The position numbers and the translations under genes are program-made. Under the pieces are notes generated by a model. That model had not been told where the DNA came from, ran no database searches, and was given only the letters and a program-made list of their open reading frames with translations. Shown here piece by piece: positions 23,752-31,920 of a stretch of DNA of 32,000 bases (position 1 is its first letter; each line of letters opens with the position of its first letter). This DNA comes from Delftia acidovorans NBRC 14950 (GTDB lineage: Bacteria; Pseudomonadota; Gammaproteobacteria; Burkholderiales; Burkholderiaceae_C): contig NZ_BCZP01000029.1 in assembly GCF_001598795.1 (NCBI RefSeq), forward strand, positions 32,317 to 64,316. Direction: 5' to 3'.

Positions 23752-24531
23752 CTAACCCCTGGCGCACATGTAGATGCCCAGGGCCAGCAGGCCCAGCATC
23801 AGCACGCGCTTGAAAACCTGGGGCGACAGCGACTGGCGCAGCCGCTCGCCCCAGGCCATGCCGGCCAGGGCGGGCAGCAGCATCAGTGCGGAAACCAGGG
23901 CCGTGGCCCCCCAGCCCGTCCAGGACGAAGCGGCATGGCCCGGCCCCTGCGCCAGCGCCATGCCCGCGCCCAGCGCCAGCGTGGACACCGTGAAGCACAG
24001 GCCCATGGCCTGCATCAGCGCCTGCCGGCCCAGCGCCAGCGATTGCAAAAAGGCCACGGCCGGCACCACGAACACGCCGGTCAACGCCGTGATCCCGCCC
24101 GTCAACAGACCACACAACAGGCCCAGCCAGGCCTGATGCCTCTGCGGCAACTGCAGGCCCGGCCCCCACAGGCCCCACAGGGCATAAATAACCAGGGCCA
24201 CGCCCAGCGCCGAGCGCGCCACGGCGGCCTCGCCCACCGGGCCCCACCACAGCATGCCGCCCACCGTGCCCGCGACAATGCCCAGCTGCATCCAGCCCAG
24301 GCGCCGCAGCAGAGGCCGCAGCGATGGCATAGGCCGCATCTGCACCACATTGGTCACCAGGGACGGCAGCAGCAGCCAGGCCGCCGCCTGCCCGGCCGGC
24401 ATGAACAGCGCCAGCAGCGCCATGGACACCGTGGGCAGGCCCAGGCCCACCACTCCCTTGACGACACCGGCCAGCCCGAACACGGCCACCGCCGCCGCCA
24501 GCACCCACCACGCATCCCACATCACGGCCAC
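23752..24531 (-). CDS. TauE/SafE (TSUP) family anion/sulfite exporter
   Basis: The 259-aa protein has about eight TM helices. It contains the repeated GxGGG-like blocks GVVGLGLPT and LLTGGITALTGV typical of the family. Confidence 0.85.
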   Translation of the reverse strand: MAVMWDAWWVLAAAVAVFGLAGVVKGVVGLGLPTVSMALLALFMPAGQAAAWLLLPSLVTNVVQMRPMPSLRPLLRRLGWMQLGIVAGTVGGMLWWGPVGEAAVARSALGVALVIYALWGLWGPGLQLPQRHQAWLGLLCGLLTGGITALTGVFVVPAVAFLQSLALGRQALMQAMGLCFTVSTLALGAGMALAQGPGHAASSWTGWGATALVSALMLLPALAGMAWGERLRQSLSPQVFKRVLMLGLLALGIYMCARG

Positions 24532-24553
24532 CCTGCACTTTCACTGACTTGGC

Positions 24554-24568
24554 TCAGGCCTTTCCTGA
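24554..24568. promoter_or_regulatory. Dyad TCAGG-N5-CCTGA (copy 1) in the tauE/lysR divergent spacer; candidate LysR-type operator
   Basis: The context is GGCTCAGGCCTTTCCTGAACC, with perfect 5-bp arms. Confidence 0.4.
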
Positions 24569-24632
24569 ACCTCATGGCGCCATGTTCGTGCACCATCGCA
24601 GGGATCACAATCGGGAATCTTCAAACCAAGGC

Positions 24633-24647
24633 TCAGGCATGGCCTGA
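24633..24647. promoter_or_regulatory. Dyad TCAGG-N5-CCTGA (copy 2), 20 nt upstream of the lysR ATG
   Basis: The context is GGCTCAGGCATGGCCTGATCC. It has the same arms and the same GGC left flank as copy 1, 79 bp away. Confidence 0.4.
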
Positions 24648-24666
24648 TCCTTCAGCACCACAGTCC

Positions 24667-25578
24667 ATGCGATTCGACCTCACCGACCTGCAGCTGTTCG
24701 TCCATATCCTCGACTGCGGCACGCTCACGGCGGCGGCCGGGCGCGCGCACATGACCCTGGCCTCGGCCAGCGAGCGCGTGCGCGGCATGGAGGCGCAACT
24801 GGGCTGCGCCCTGCTCGCGCGCCAGGCACGCGGCGTGCGGCCCACGGCGGCCGGCCACACGCTGGGCCAGCATGCGCGTGACGTTCTGGCACGAATGCAA
24901 CGCCTGCGCGGCGACATGGCCGAGTACGGCGCGGGCCTGGCCGGGCATGTGCGCGTATGCGGCAACACCTCGGCCGTGAGCGAGCACCTGCCGCTGGCCG
25001 TGGCCGGATTCCTGCGCAACCATCCGCGCGTGGCGCTGGAGCTGCAGGAATGCCGCAGCGCCGAAGTGCTGGACCGGCTGCGCCAGGGCCTGTGCGACAT
25101 CGGCGTGGCCAGCGATGCCCAGGACCTGCGCGGCCTGCAGGCCACGCCCTGGCGCCCCGACCCGCTGGTGGCCGTGCTGCCGCGCGCCCACCGCCTGGCC
25201 CGGCGCAAACGGCTGGCCTTGCAGGACCTGCTGACCGAAGACTGGGTAGGCCTGCCGCACGATGCCGCCCTGCAGGTGCTGGTGCGCCAGCAGGCCGCCT
25301 TGCTGGAAGGGCCGTCAGGAGGGCAGTTGCGCTGGCGCGCCCAGCTGCAGCACCTGGACAGCATCTGCCAGTTGGTGGGCCAGGGCGTGGGCGTGGCCGT
25401 CATGCCCACCGCCGCCGCGCAGCGCCTGGCCCCGGCCAGCGGCGCCCGCGCCGTGCCCTTGAGCGATGCCTGGGCCCGGCGCCAGCTGCTGCTGTGCACG
25501 GCCCGGGAAGACCAGTTGCCCGCCCATGCAAGGCAGTTGCTGGTGCATCTGAAAGGACTGGGCCTGGCGGAGCCATAG
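24667..25578 (+). CDS. LysR-family transcriptional regulator
   Basis: This uses the internal ATG at 24667 of ORF 23935..25578. The HTH is MRFDLTDLQLFVHILDCGTLTAAAGRAHMTLASASERVRGMEAQLG. It is divergent from the tauE-like gene. Confidence 0.9.
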   Translation: MRFDLTDLQLFVHILDCGTLTAAAGRAHMTLASASERVRGMEAQLGCALLARQARGVRPTAAGHTLGQHARDVLARMQRLRGDMAEYGAGLAGHVRVCGNTSAVSEHLPLAVAGFLRNHPRVALELQECRSAEVLDRLRQGLCDIGVASDAQDLRGLQATPWRPDPLVAVLPRAHRLARRKRLALQDLLTEDWVGLPHDAALQVLVRQQAALLEGPSGGQLRWRAQLQHLDSICQLVGQGVGVAVMPTAAAQRLAPASGARAVPLSDAWARRQLLLCTAREDQLPAHARQLLVHLKGLGLAEP

Positions 25579-25620
25579 CGAACCGTGTTGGAAAGCGCGA
25601 TGCGGGACAATACGGGGATC

Positions 25621-26988
25621 ATGACCCTCAAAGCCCCCGAACTGCTGCTGCCGGCCGGCTCGCTCGACAAGATGCGTGCGGCCTACGACTTTGGCGCCGA
25701 TGCCATCTACGCCGGGCAACCCCGCTACAGCCTGCGCGCACGCAACAACGAATTCCGCCTCGAACAGATCGCCCAGGGCATCTCCGAGGCGCATGCGCGG
25801 GGCAAGAAATTCTTCGTCACCAGCAACCTGATCGCCCACAACGACAAGGTGCGCACCTATATCCGCGACATCGAGCCCGTGATCGAGTGCAAGCCCGACG
25901 CGCTGATCATGGCCGACCCCGGCCTGATCATGATGGTCAAGGAAAAGTGGCCCGAGACCGAGGTGCATCTCTCGGTGCAGGCCAACACCACCAACTGGGC
26001 CACGGTGAAGTTCTGGCAGAAGGCCGGCGTCTCGCGCATCATCCTGTCGCGCGAGCTGTCGCTGGACGAGATCGAGAAGATCCGCCAGGAATGCCCGGAC
26101 ATGGAGATCGAGGTCTTCGTGCACGGCGCGCTGTGCATCGCCTACTCGGGCCGCTGCCTGCTGTCGGGCTACTTCAACCGGCGCGATCCCAACCAGGGCA
26201 CCTGCACCAATGCCTGCCGCTGGGACTACAAGACGCATGACGCGGCCGTGGATCCCAATACCGGCGAGGCCCTGGCCCAGACCATGGAGCAGGACTTCAG
26301 CTTCGAGAAGGCCCGCGAGGAAGCCGACAGCCAGTTCACCAGCACCTGCGGCGACGGCGCGCGCCACCCCAAGGCCGAGCAGGTCTACCTGCTGGAGGAA
26401 AAGGGCCGCCCCGGCGAGCTGATGCCCATCATGGAAGACGAGCACGGCACCTACATCATGAACTCCAAGGACCTGCGCGCCGTGGAGCATGTGGAGCGCC
26501 TGGTGAAGATCGGCGTGGACTCGCTCAAGATCGAGGGCCGCACCAAGAGCCTGTACTACGTGGCCCGCACGGCCCAGGTCTACCGCCGCGCCATCGACGA
26601 TGCCGTGGCCGGCCGCCCCTTCAACCCGCACCTGATCACCGAGCTCGAAGGCCTGGCCAACCGTGGCTACACGGGCGGCCTGCTGGAGCGCCGTCCCTCG
26701 CAGGACTACCAGAACTACGAGACCGGCCACTCGGTGCTGCAGCGCAGCCACTTCGTGGGCGAGGTGCGCAGCTATGCCGACGGCATGGCCGAGGTGGAGA
26801 CCAAGAACCGCTTCTCGGTGGGCGATACGCTGGAGATCATCCACCCGCAGGGCAACCGCCAGGTGCTGCTGGAGAAGATGTTCAACCTCGACGGCGAACC
26901 CGTGCAGGTCGCCCAGGGCAACCCGATCCGCGTGCGCATTCCGCTGGATGCGCCGGCCGAGGGTGCGCTGATCTCGCGCCTGCTGTGA
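25621..26988 (+). CDS. trhP: U32-family protein YegQ/TrhP (prephenate-dependent tRNA U34 hydroxylase)
   Basis: The ATG is at 25621. The protein is near-collinear with E. coli YegQ from memory. Shared segments are ELLLPAGSL, YAGQPRYSLRARNNEF, EVFVHGALCIAYSGRCLLSGYFNRRDPNQGTCTNACRW and EDEHGTYIMNSKDLRAVEHVERL. Confidence 0.88.
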   Translation: MTLKAPELLLPAGSLDKMRAAYDFGADAIYAGQPRYSLRARNNEFRLEQIAQGISEAHARGKKFFVTSNLIAHNDKVRTYIRDIEPVIECKPDALIMADPGLIMMVKEKWPETEVHLSVQANTTNWATVKFWQKAGVSRIILSRELSLDEIEKIRQECPDMEIEVFVHGALCIAYSGRCLLSGYFNRRDPNQGTCTNACRWDYKTHDAAVDPNTGEALAQTMEQDFSFEKAREEADSQFTSTCGDGARHPKAEQVYLLEEKGRPGELMPIMEDEHGTYIMNSKDLRAVEHVERLVKIGVDSLKIEGRTKSLYYVARTAQVYRRAIDDAVAGRPFNPHLITELEGLANRGYTGGLLERRPSQDYQNYETGHSVLQRSHFVGEVRSYADGMAEVETKNRFSVGDTLEIIHPQGNRQVLLEKMFNLDGEPVQVAQGNPIRVRIPLDAPAEGALISRLL

Positions 26989-27044
26989 AGCCGGGGCGCA
27001 GGCCGCCCTGCCCTCCTTGCCCGTGATTTTTTCCTGGCGGCTGT

Positions 27045-27070
27045 CCAGGGCCATTGCTGCAATGGCCTGG
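27045..27070. promoter_or_regulatory. Near-perfect 26-bp palindrome 40 nt upstream of the ParB-like gene (candidate operator or parS-like site)
   Basis: CCAGGGCCATTGC-T-GCAATGGCCTGG. The arms are 12 bp, with one extra G in the left arm. Confidence 0.35.
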
Positions 27071-27110
27071 AGCGGCCGCCGTTCCTTTCATTCCTCATTT
27101 CTGCACTGCC

Positions 27111-27980
27111 ATGGACATCGTCGTCAACGAAGAACTCAAGGCCTACATCGACCCGCTGACCCCCGATGAACTCGACGCGCTGGAGCGCAGCATCGTGGCC
27201 GAAGGCTGCCGCGACGCGCTCGTGCTCTGGAACGACCTGCTCATCGACGGCCACAACCGCTACGCCATCTGCCAAAAGCACGGCCTGCCCTTCAACACCG
27301 TGCAGGCCACGCAGTTCAAGAACATGGACGACGTGCACCTGTGGATGATCGACCAGCACCTGGGCCGCCGCAGCGTGTCCGACTTCCAGCGCGGCGTGCT
27401 GGCGCTGCGCAAGCGCGAGATCATTGCCACGCGCCGCTCGGCCGCCGCCGCGGCCGTGATGGCCGCCAAGGCCGATGCGCCCCAGGCCGAGGGTGAAGCC
27501 CCCTGGGAAGGCGAGACCGACCCCGTGGTCGCCGCCGCCCTGGCCAGCGTGGCCAAGGTGCCCGACGAGGCCCTGGACACGCGCGAAGCCCTGGCCCGCG
27601 TGGCCCGCCTGTCCAGCAGCCAGGTCAAGCTGATCGAGACCATCCAGCAAAAGGCCGCGCCCGAAGTGGTGGCCGCCGTGCGCTCGGGCGACATCTCGCT
27701 GAGCACCGCCGCCGTGGTCGCCAGCCTGCCCGTGGACGAGCAGCAGGCCGTGGCCGCCGCAGGCGCCGACGAACTCAAGCAGGCCGCCAAGCGCGTGCGC
27801 GATGCCAAGAAAAAGTCCAAGGCCGCCAAGCCCGAAGCTGAAGCGGCCGACGGCGAAGGTGCGGCCGTGACCGCCTCACCCGAGGAGCTGCAGCAGCGCG
27901 TGAACGAACTCGAAGCCGAGAACGAGCGCCTGCGCCAGCAGATCAAGGCGCTGCAGGAACTGCTGGCCGAGCAAGGCTGA
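27111..27980 (+). CDS. Orphan ParB/Srx-fold N-terminal domain protein with a C-terminal coiled coil
   Basis: This uses the internal ATG at 27111. The ParB-like nuclease-domain signature LLIDGHNRYAIC is present, followed by GRRSVSDFQRGVLAL. There is an Ala-rich middle region and a heptad-like C-terminus, EELQQRVNELEAENERLRQQIKALQELL. No parA lies nearby. Confidence 0.75.
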   Translation: MDIVVNEELKAYIDPLTPDELDALERSIVAEGCRDALVLWNDLLIDGHNRYAICQKHGLPFNTVQATQFKNMDDVHLWMIDQHLGRRSVSDFQRGVLALRKREIIATRRSAAAAAVMAAKADAPQAEGEAPWEGETDPVVAAALASVAKVPDEALDTREALARVARLSSSQVKLIETIQQKAAPEVVAAVRSGDISLSTAAVVASLPVDEQQAVAAAGADELKQAAKRVRDAKKKSKAAKPEAEAADGEGAAVTASPEELQQRVNELEAENERLRQQIKALQELLAEQG

Positions 27981-28012
27981 AGCGGCGCCCGCACCCAAGC
28001 ACGCACGCCGCC

Positions 28013-29458
28013 ATGACGCGCTACCAGGAGCTGGCCGACGATATCGAGGCATCCATCACCGCAGGCGTTCTGTGCCCAGGTGACAAGCTGCCCTCGGTGC
28101 GCCAGACCAGCGAGCGGCGCGGCGTCAGCGCCTCCACCGTCTTCCAGGCCTACTACCTGCTGGAGGCGCGCGGCTTGGTGCGCGCGCGCGAGCGATCGGG
28201 CTACTTCGTGGCCCAGCGCCCGCGCAGCGCGCCGCCCGAGCCTACCGAGCCGTCTTCGCCCGAAGGCGACAGCTTTGCCGTGGTCGATGTGAGCGAGCGC
28301 GTGTTCGAGGTGCTGGAGTCAGCCATGGACCGCGATGTCGTGCCCCTGGGCTCGGCCTTTCCCTCGCCGGGCCTGTTCCCGCTGCGCCGCCTGGGCCAGT
28401 GCCTGGCGCATGCCGCGCGCGAGGCCGACCCACGCAGCGCCATCGACGACCTCACGCCCGGCAGCCTGGCGCTGCGCCGCCAGATCGCACGCCGCTACCT
28501 GGCCGACGGCCTGGCGCTGACGCCAGCCGATCTGGTCATCACCAACGGCGCGCTGGAGGCTCTGAACCTGTGCCTGGCCGCCGTCACGCGGCCCGGCGGC
28601 GCCGTGGTCATAGAGTCGCCCTGCTTCTATGGCGCGCTGCAGGCGCTGGAGCGCATGGGCCTGTCGGCCATCGAGGTGCCCACCCATCCGGGCGAGGGCA
28701 TGGACCTGAACGCGCTGGAGTCAGCACTGCAGCGCCACCGGCCCCAGGCCATCTGGCTGATGACCTGCTTTCAGAACCCGCTGGGCAGCCTCATGCCAGA
28801 GGCGCGCAAACGCGCACTGGTGGAGCTGGTCACGCGCCACCGCGTGCCGCTGATCGAAGACGACGTGTACGGCGAGCTGTACTTCGGAGAGCGCCGCCCG
28901 CCGCCGGCCAAGACCTTCGACACCGAAGGCTGGGTGCTGCACTGCAGCTCGTTCTCCAAATGGCTGGCGCCGGGCTGGCGCACGGGCTGGGCCGCCCCCG
29001 GGCGCTTCACGCGCGCCGTGGCCCGGCAAAAGCTCACCACCACGCTGGCCACGAATGCACCCACCCAGCAGGCGCTGTCCGACTACCTGGAAAGCGGCGG
29101 CGCCGACCGCCACCTGCGCCGCCTGCGCCAGAGCCTGGCCCTGCAGCGGGACCACATGGCATCGGCCATTGCCCGCCACTTTCCACAAGGCACGCGGGCC
29201 ACGCGGCCCGAGGGCGGCTACTTCATGTGGATAGAGCTGCCGCCGTACTGCAATGCGCTGGCCCTGCACCGCGCGGCGCTGGCGCGCGGCATCAGCGTGG
29301 CGCCGGGGCCGATCTTCTCGGCCTCGCAGGCCTTCGGCCACTGCCTGCGGCTGAACTACGGCCATGACTGGAGCGACGAGACCGGGCAGGCCCTGGCCAC
29401 GCTGGGCGAACTGGCCCGCGCAATGCAGCCCCTTCCAACAGCAAAAGCAGCAAGGTAA
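28013..29458 (+). CDS. MocR-type regulator (GntR winged HTH fused to an aminotransferase fold-type I domain)
   Basis: The N-terminus LPSVRQTSERRGVSASTVFQAYYLLEARGLV is a GntR HTH. The C-terminal AAT-like domain has the PLP-lysine block SSFSKWLAPGWRTGW. Confidence 0.88.
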   Translation: MTRYQELADDIEASITAGVLCPGDKLPSVRQTSERRGVSASTVFQAYYLLEARGLVRARERSGYFVAQRPRSAPPEPTEPSSPEGDSFAVVDVSERVFEVLESAMDRDVVPLGSAFPSPGLFPLRRLGQCLAHAAREADPRSAIDDLTPGSLALRRQIARRYLADGLALTPADLVITNGALEALNLCLAAVTRPGGAVVIESPCFYGALQALERMGLSAIEVPTHPGEGMDLNALESALQRHRPQAIWLMTCFQNPLGSLMPEARKRALVELVTRHRVPLIEDDVYGELYFGERRPPPAKTFDTEGWVLHCSSFSKWLAPGWRTGWAAPGRFTRAVARQKLTTTLATNAPTQQALSDYLESGGADRHLRRLRQSLALQRDHMASAIARHFPQGTRATRPEGGYFMWIELPPYCNALALHRAALARGISVAPGPIFSASQAFGHCLRLNYGHDWSDETGQALATLGELARAMQPLPTAKAAR

Positions 29459-29542
29459 GCGCCCGCTGCGCTGGCAGCACCTGCTGCGCTGTAGCGCCCG
29501 GGCAACGCGGCCCGGCACAGCTGCTGTCAGCCTGGTGCCGAG

Positions 29543-29561
29543 CTGGATGATTCTCATTTAG
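29543..29561. promoter_or_regulatory. Possible Fur box upstream of the TonB-dependent receptor
   Basis: CTGGATGATTCTCATTTAG matches 10 of 19 positions of GATAATGATAATCATTATC, with the ATGA..TCAT core dyad. It is AT-rich within a GC-rich spacer, ~150 nt upstream of the ATG. Confidence 0.3.
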
Positions 29562-29707
29562 ACTCGCACCCCGAACCGGCATCGCCGCCATGCATGCTGA
29601 CCGGTCCTTGTCTCCTGCTTCCGCCTCGCCCGCCGCCACGCGTCCTGCAGCCTGCCAGCCGACCCTTCAGCGCTGCACCAATCCCAGAGGCACAAAGGAA
29701 GTTTTCC

Positions 29708-31870
29708 ATGGTTTCCAGCAATCACTGCGCCACGCTCACACGCTGCGCGGCCGCTGTCGCCGCCGCCCTGCTGTCGCTGCAGGCGTCGGCACAGGCGCCA
29801 TCCCCCACCACCACCGCACCCGAGGCCGGCCTGTCCGCCATCACCGTCACGGGCAACTGGCTGGACAACCCCACCGAGGAAAAGGTGCTGGACCATGCCG
29901 GCGCGCGCACCATCGTCGAACGGGCACGCATCGAGGAAACCGGCTCCTCCAGCCTGCGCGACGTGCTGCGCCTGGTGCCCGGCGTGCAGGTGCAGGACAG
30001 CAACGGCACGGGCGGCAGCGACGTGTCGCTGAACATCGGCGTGCGCGGCCTGACGGCACGCCTGTCGCCGCGCTCGTATGTGCTGATGGACGGCGTGCCC
30101 GTCTCCTACGCGCCCTACGGCCAGCCCCAGCTGTCGCTGGCGCCCGTGTCGCTGGGCAACCTGGAGTCGGTGGACGTGATCCGCGGCGCGGGCTCGGTGC
30201 GCTACGGCCCCCAGAACGTGGGCGGCATCATCAACTTCGTCACGCGCGCCATTCCCAAGACCTTCGCGGCCGAGGCCTCGGTGGGCACCGAGATCTACAG
30301 CCACGGCGGCAATGCCAAGACCACGCCCAGCCTCTTCGTGGGCGGCACCAACGAATCCGGCCTGGGCCTGGCCCTGCTGTACTCGGGCACGCATGGCGAC
30401 GGCTGGCGCGCAGGCAATGACAAGACCGACATCGACGACATCCTGCTCAAGGGCGCCTACCGCATCTCGGCCCAGGACGACATCGCCGTCTCACTGCACC
30501 ACTTCGAGGGCTCGGGCCGCATGCCCGGCGGCCTGACCACGGCGCAGTACGCGGCCGACCCGTTCCAGTCCACGCGCTCCTACGACAGCTTCGACGGCCG
30601 CCGCACCGATGCCTCGTTCAAGTACAACCACAAGGACGGGCGCAACAACTTCGAGGTGCTGGGCTACTACGTGGACTCGTTCCGCGGCAGCTACATCGAG
30701 CAGGACAACGCCAACCAGCGTCGCCTGACGGCCGCGCCGCGCAGCTACCACTACTTCGGCATCGAGCCGCGCTACTCGCGCCTGTTCGAGACCGGCTCCG
30801 TGGTGCAGGAAGTCAGCGTGGGCTACCGCTACCTCAAGGAAAGCAGCTCCGAGGTCGCGCTGCGCACCGCCTACTACAACCCAGCCACCATGGCCAACGC
30901 GATGGCCCTGCCGATCACGCCCTACCAGACCAGCCAGGGCGGCACCACGGCCCATGCCTTCTATATCGATGACCGCATCGACATCGGCAACTGGACCATC
31001 ACGCCCGGCGTGCGCTACGAACGCATCAACTCCTTCAACAACGTCAGCAACCTGGGCGCCGATGGCAGCACCGTCACCAGCCAGCTGTTCCCCAAGGCCG
31101 ATGCAAGCGAGTTCCTGCCCACGCTGTCCGTGCTCTACCGCATGAATGCGCAGTGGTCGCTGTTCGCCAACGCGGGCAAGTCCTTTGGCCCGCAGCAGTA
31201 CGCGCAGCTGGCCCAGACCGAGCGCGGCCTGCATCCCGAATCGGCCAAGACCTATGAGGTGGGCACGCACTACAACAGCCCGGCGCTGAACGCCGAGCTG
31301 ACGCTGTTCAACATCGACTTCGACAAGGAACTGCTGCTGACCCGCGTGGGCGTGGACGGCATCTGGACCGACCTGGGCGCCACGCGCCACCGCGGCATCG
31401 AGTCCTCGCTGCGCTACGACCTGGGCCAGTGGAATGCCGCGCTCAAGGGACTGACGGCGGGTGTGTCCTATACCTATACCGAGGCCGTCTCGCGCGCCGG
31501 CGATTTCGCGGGGCGCGACCTGCCGCTGTACTCGCGCCACACGGGCCAGCTGTGGGCGCGCTATGCGCTGGGGCAGTGGACGCTGAATGCGGACCTGGCC
31601 GCGCAATCGAAGCAGCGCTCTCCGGGGTCGGGCACGCAGTATGTGACGCAGGAAGATGCTGCGGGGCGGCTGGGTGATATCCCCGGGTTTGCGACCGTGG
31701 GCCTGCGTGCGGGCTATGACTTTGGCAAGTCGCTGAGCAATCTGCGGGTGGCCGTGGGGGTCAAGAATCTGTTCGATCGCAGGTACTACACGCGGTCTAC
31801 GGATAACAACGGGGGCAAGTATGTGGGGATGCCTCGGACGTTGTATGTGCAGGGGACGTTGCCGTTCTGA
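29708..31870 (+). CDS. TonB-dependent outer-membrane (siderophore-type) receptor
   Basis: The internal ATG at 29708 has an AAGGAAG SD. A signal peptide ends at ...SLQASAQA. The plug contains ITVTGNW...ARTIVERARIEETG...VPGVQV. A beta-barrel follows, with a C-terminal YVQGTLPF ending in an aromatic residue. Confidence 0.9.
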   Translation: MVSSNHCATLTRCAAAVAAALLSLQASAQAPSPTTTAPEAGLSAITVTGNWLDNPTEEKVLDHAGARTIVERARIEETGSSSLRDVLRLVPGVQVQDSNGTGGSDVSLNIGVRGLTARLSPRSYVLMDGVPVSYAPYGQPQLSLAPVSLGNLESVDVIRGAGSVRYGPQNVGGIINFVTRAIPKTFAAEASVGTEIYSHGGNAKTTPSLFVGGTNESGLGLALLYSGTHGDGWRAGNDKTDIDDILLKGAYRISAQDDIAVSLHHFEGSGRMPGGLTTAQYAADPFQSTRSYDSFDGRRTDASFKYNHKDGRNNFEVLGYYVDSFRGSYIEQDNANQRRLTAAPRSYHYFGIEPRYSRLFETGSVVQEVSVGYRYLKESSSEVALRTAYYNPATMANAMALPITPYQTSQGGTTAHAFYIDDRIDIGNWTITPGVRYERINSFNNVSNLGADGSTVTSQLFPKADASEFLPTLSVLYRMNAQWSLFANAGKSFGPQQYAQLAQTERGLHPESAKTYEVGTHYNSPALNAELTLFNIDFDKELLLTRVGVDGIWTDLGATRHRGIESSLRYDLGQWNAALKGLTAGVSYTYTEAVSRAGDFAGRDLPLYSRHTGQLWARYALGQWTLNADLAAQSKQRSPGSGTQYVTQEDAAGRLGDIPGFATVGLRAGYDFGKSLSNLRVAVGVKNLFDRRYYTRSTDNNGGKYVGMPRTLYVQGTLPF

Positions 31871-31880
31871 GGCTGCTATT

Positions 31881-31920
31881 GCAGGGGCCTGATCTTTTTG
31901 GTCCCTGCCGGGTGGTATTT
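31881..31920 (+). terminator. Possible terminator hairpin after the receptor gene
   Basis: GCAGGGGCC-tgatcttttt-GGTCCCTGC forms a 9-bp stem with one G-U pair. A T-run (tattttt) begins about 10 nt later. A second hairpin, GCCGGG/CCCGGC, lies at 31928-31945. Confidence 0.35.

Noticed and set aside
23935-24666. 244-codon N-terminal extension of the LysR ORF (547 aa in the track)
   Set aside because: The extension is antisense to the TauE/SafE gene and has shadow composition. The LysR HTH begins at the ATG at 24667.
26989-27040. Intrinsic terminator after trhP (GGGCGCAGG..CCTGCCC followed by gatttttt)
   Set aside because: The stem needs a 2-nt bulge, and the T-run is ~12 nt away from the stem. 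This is too weak to call.
25315-27054. 579-aa minus-strand ORF
   Set aside because: It is antisense to trhP/yegQ, which is near-collinear with the E. coli protein.
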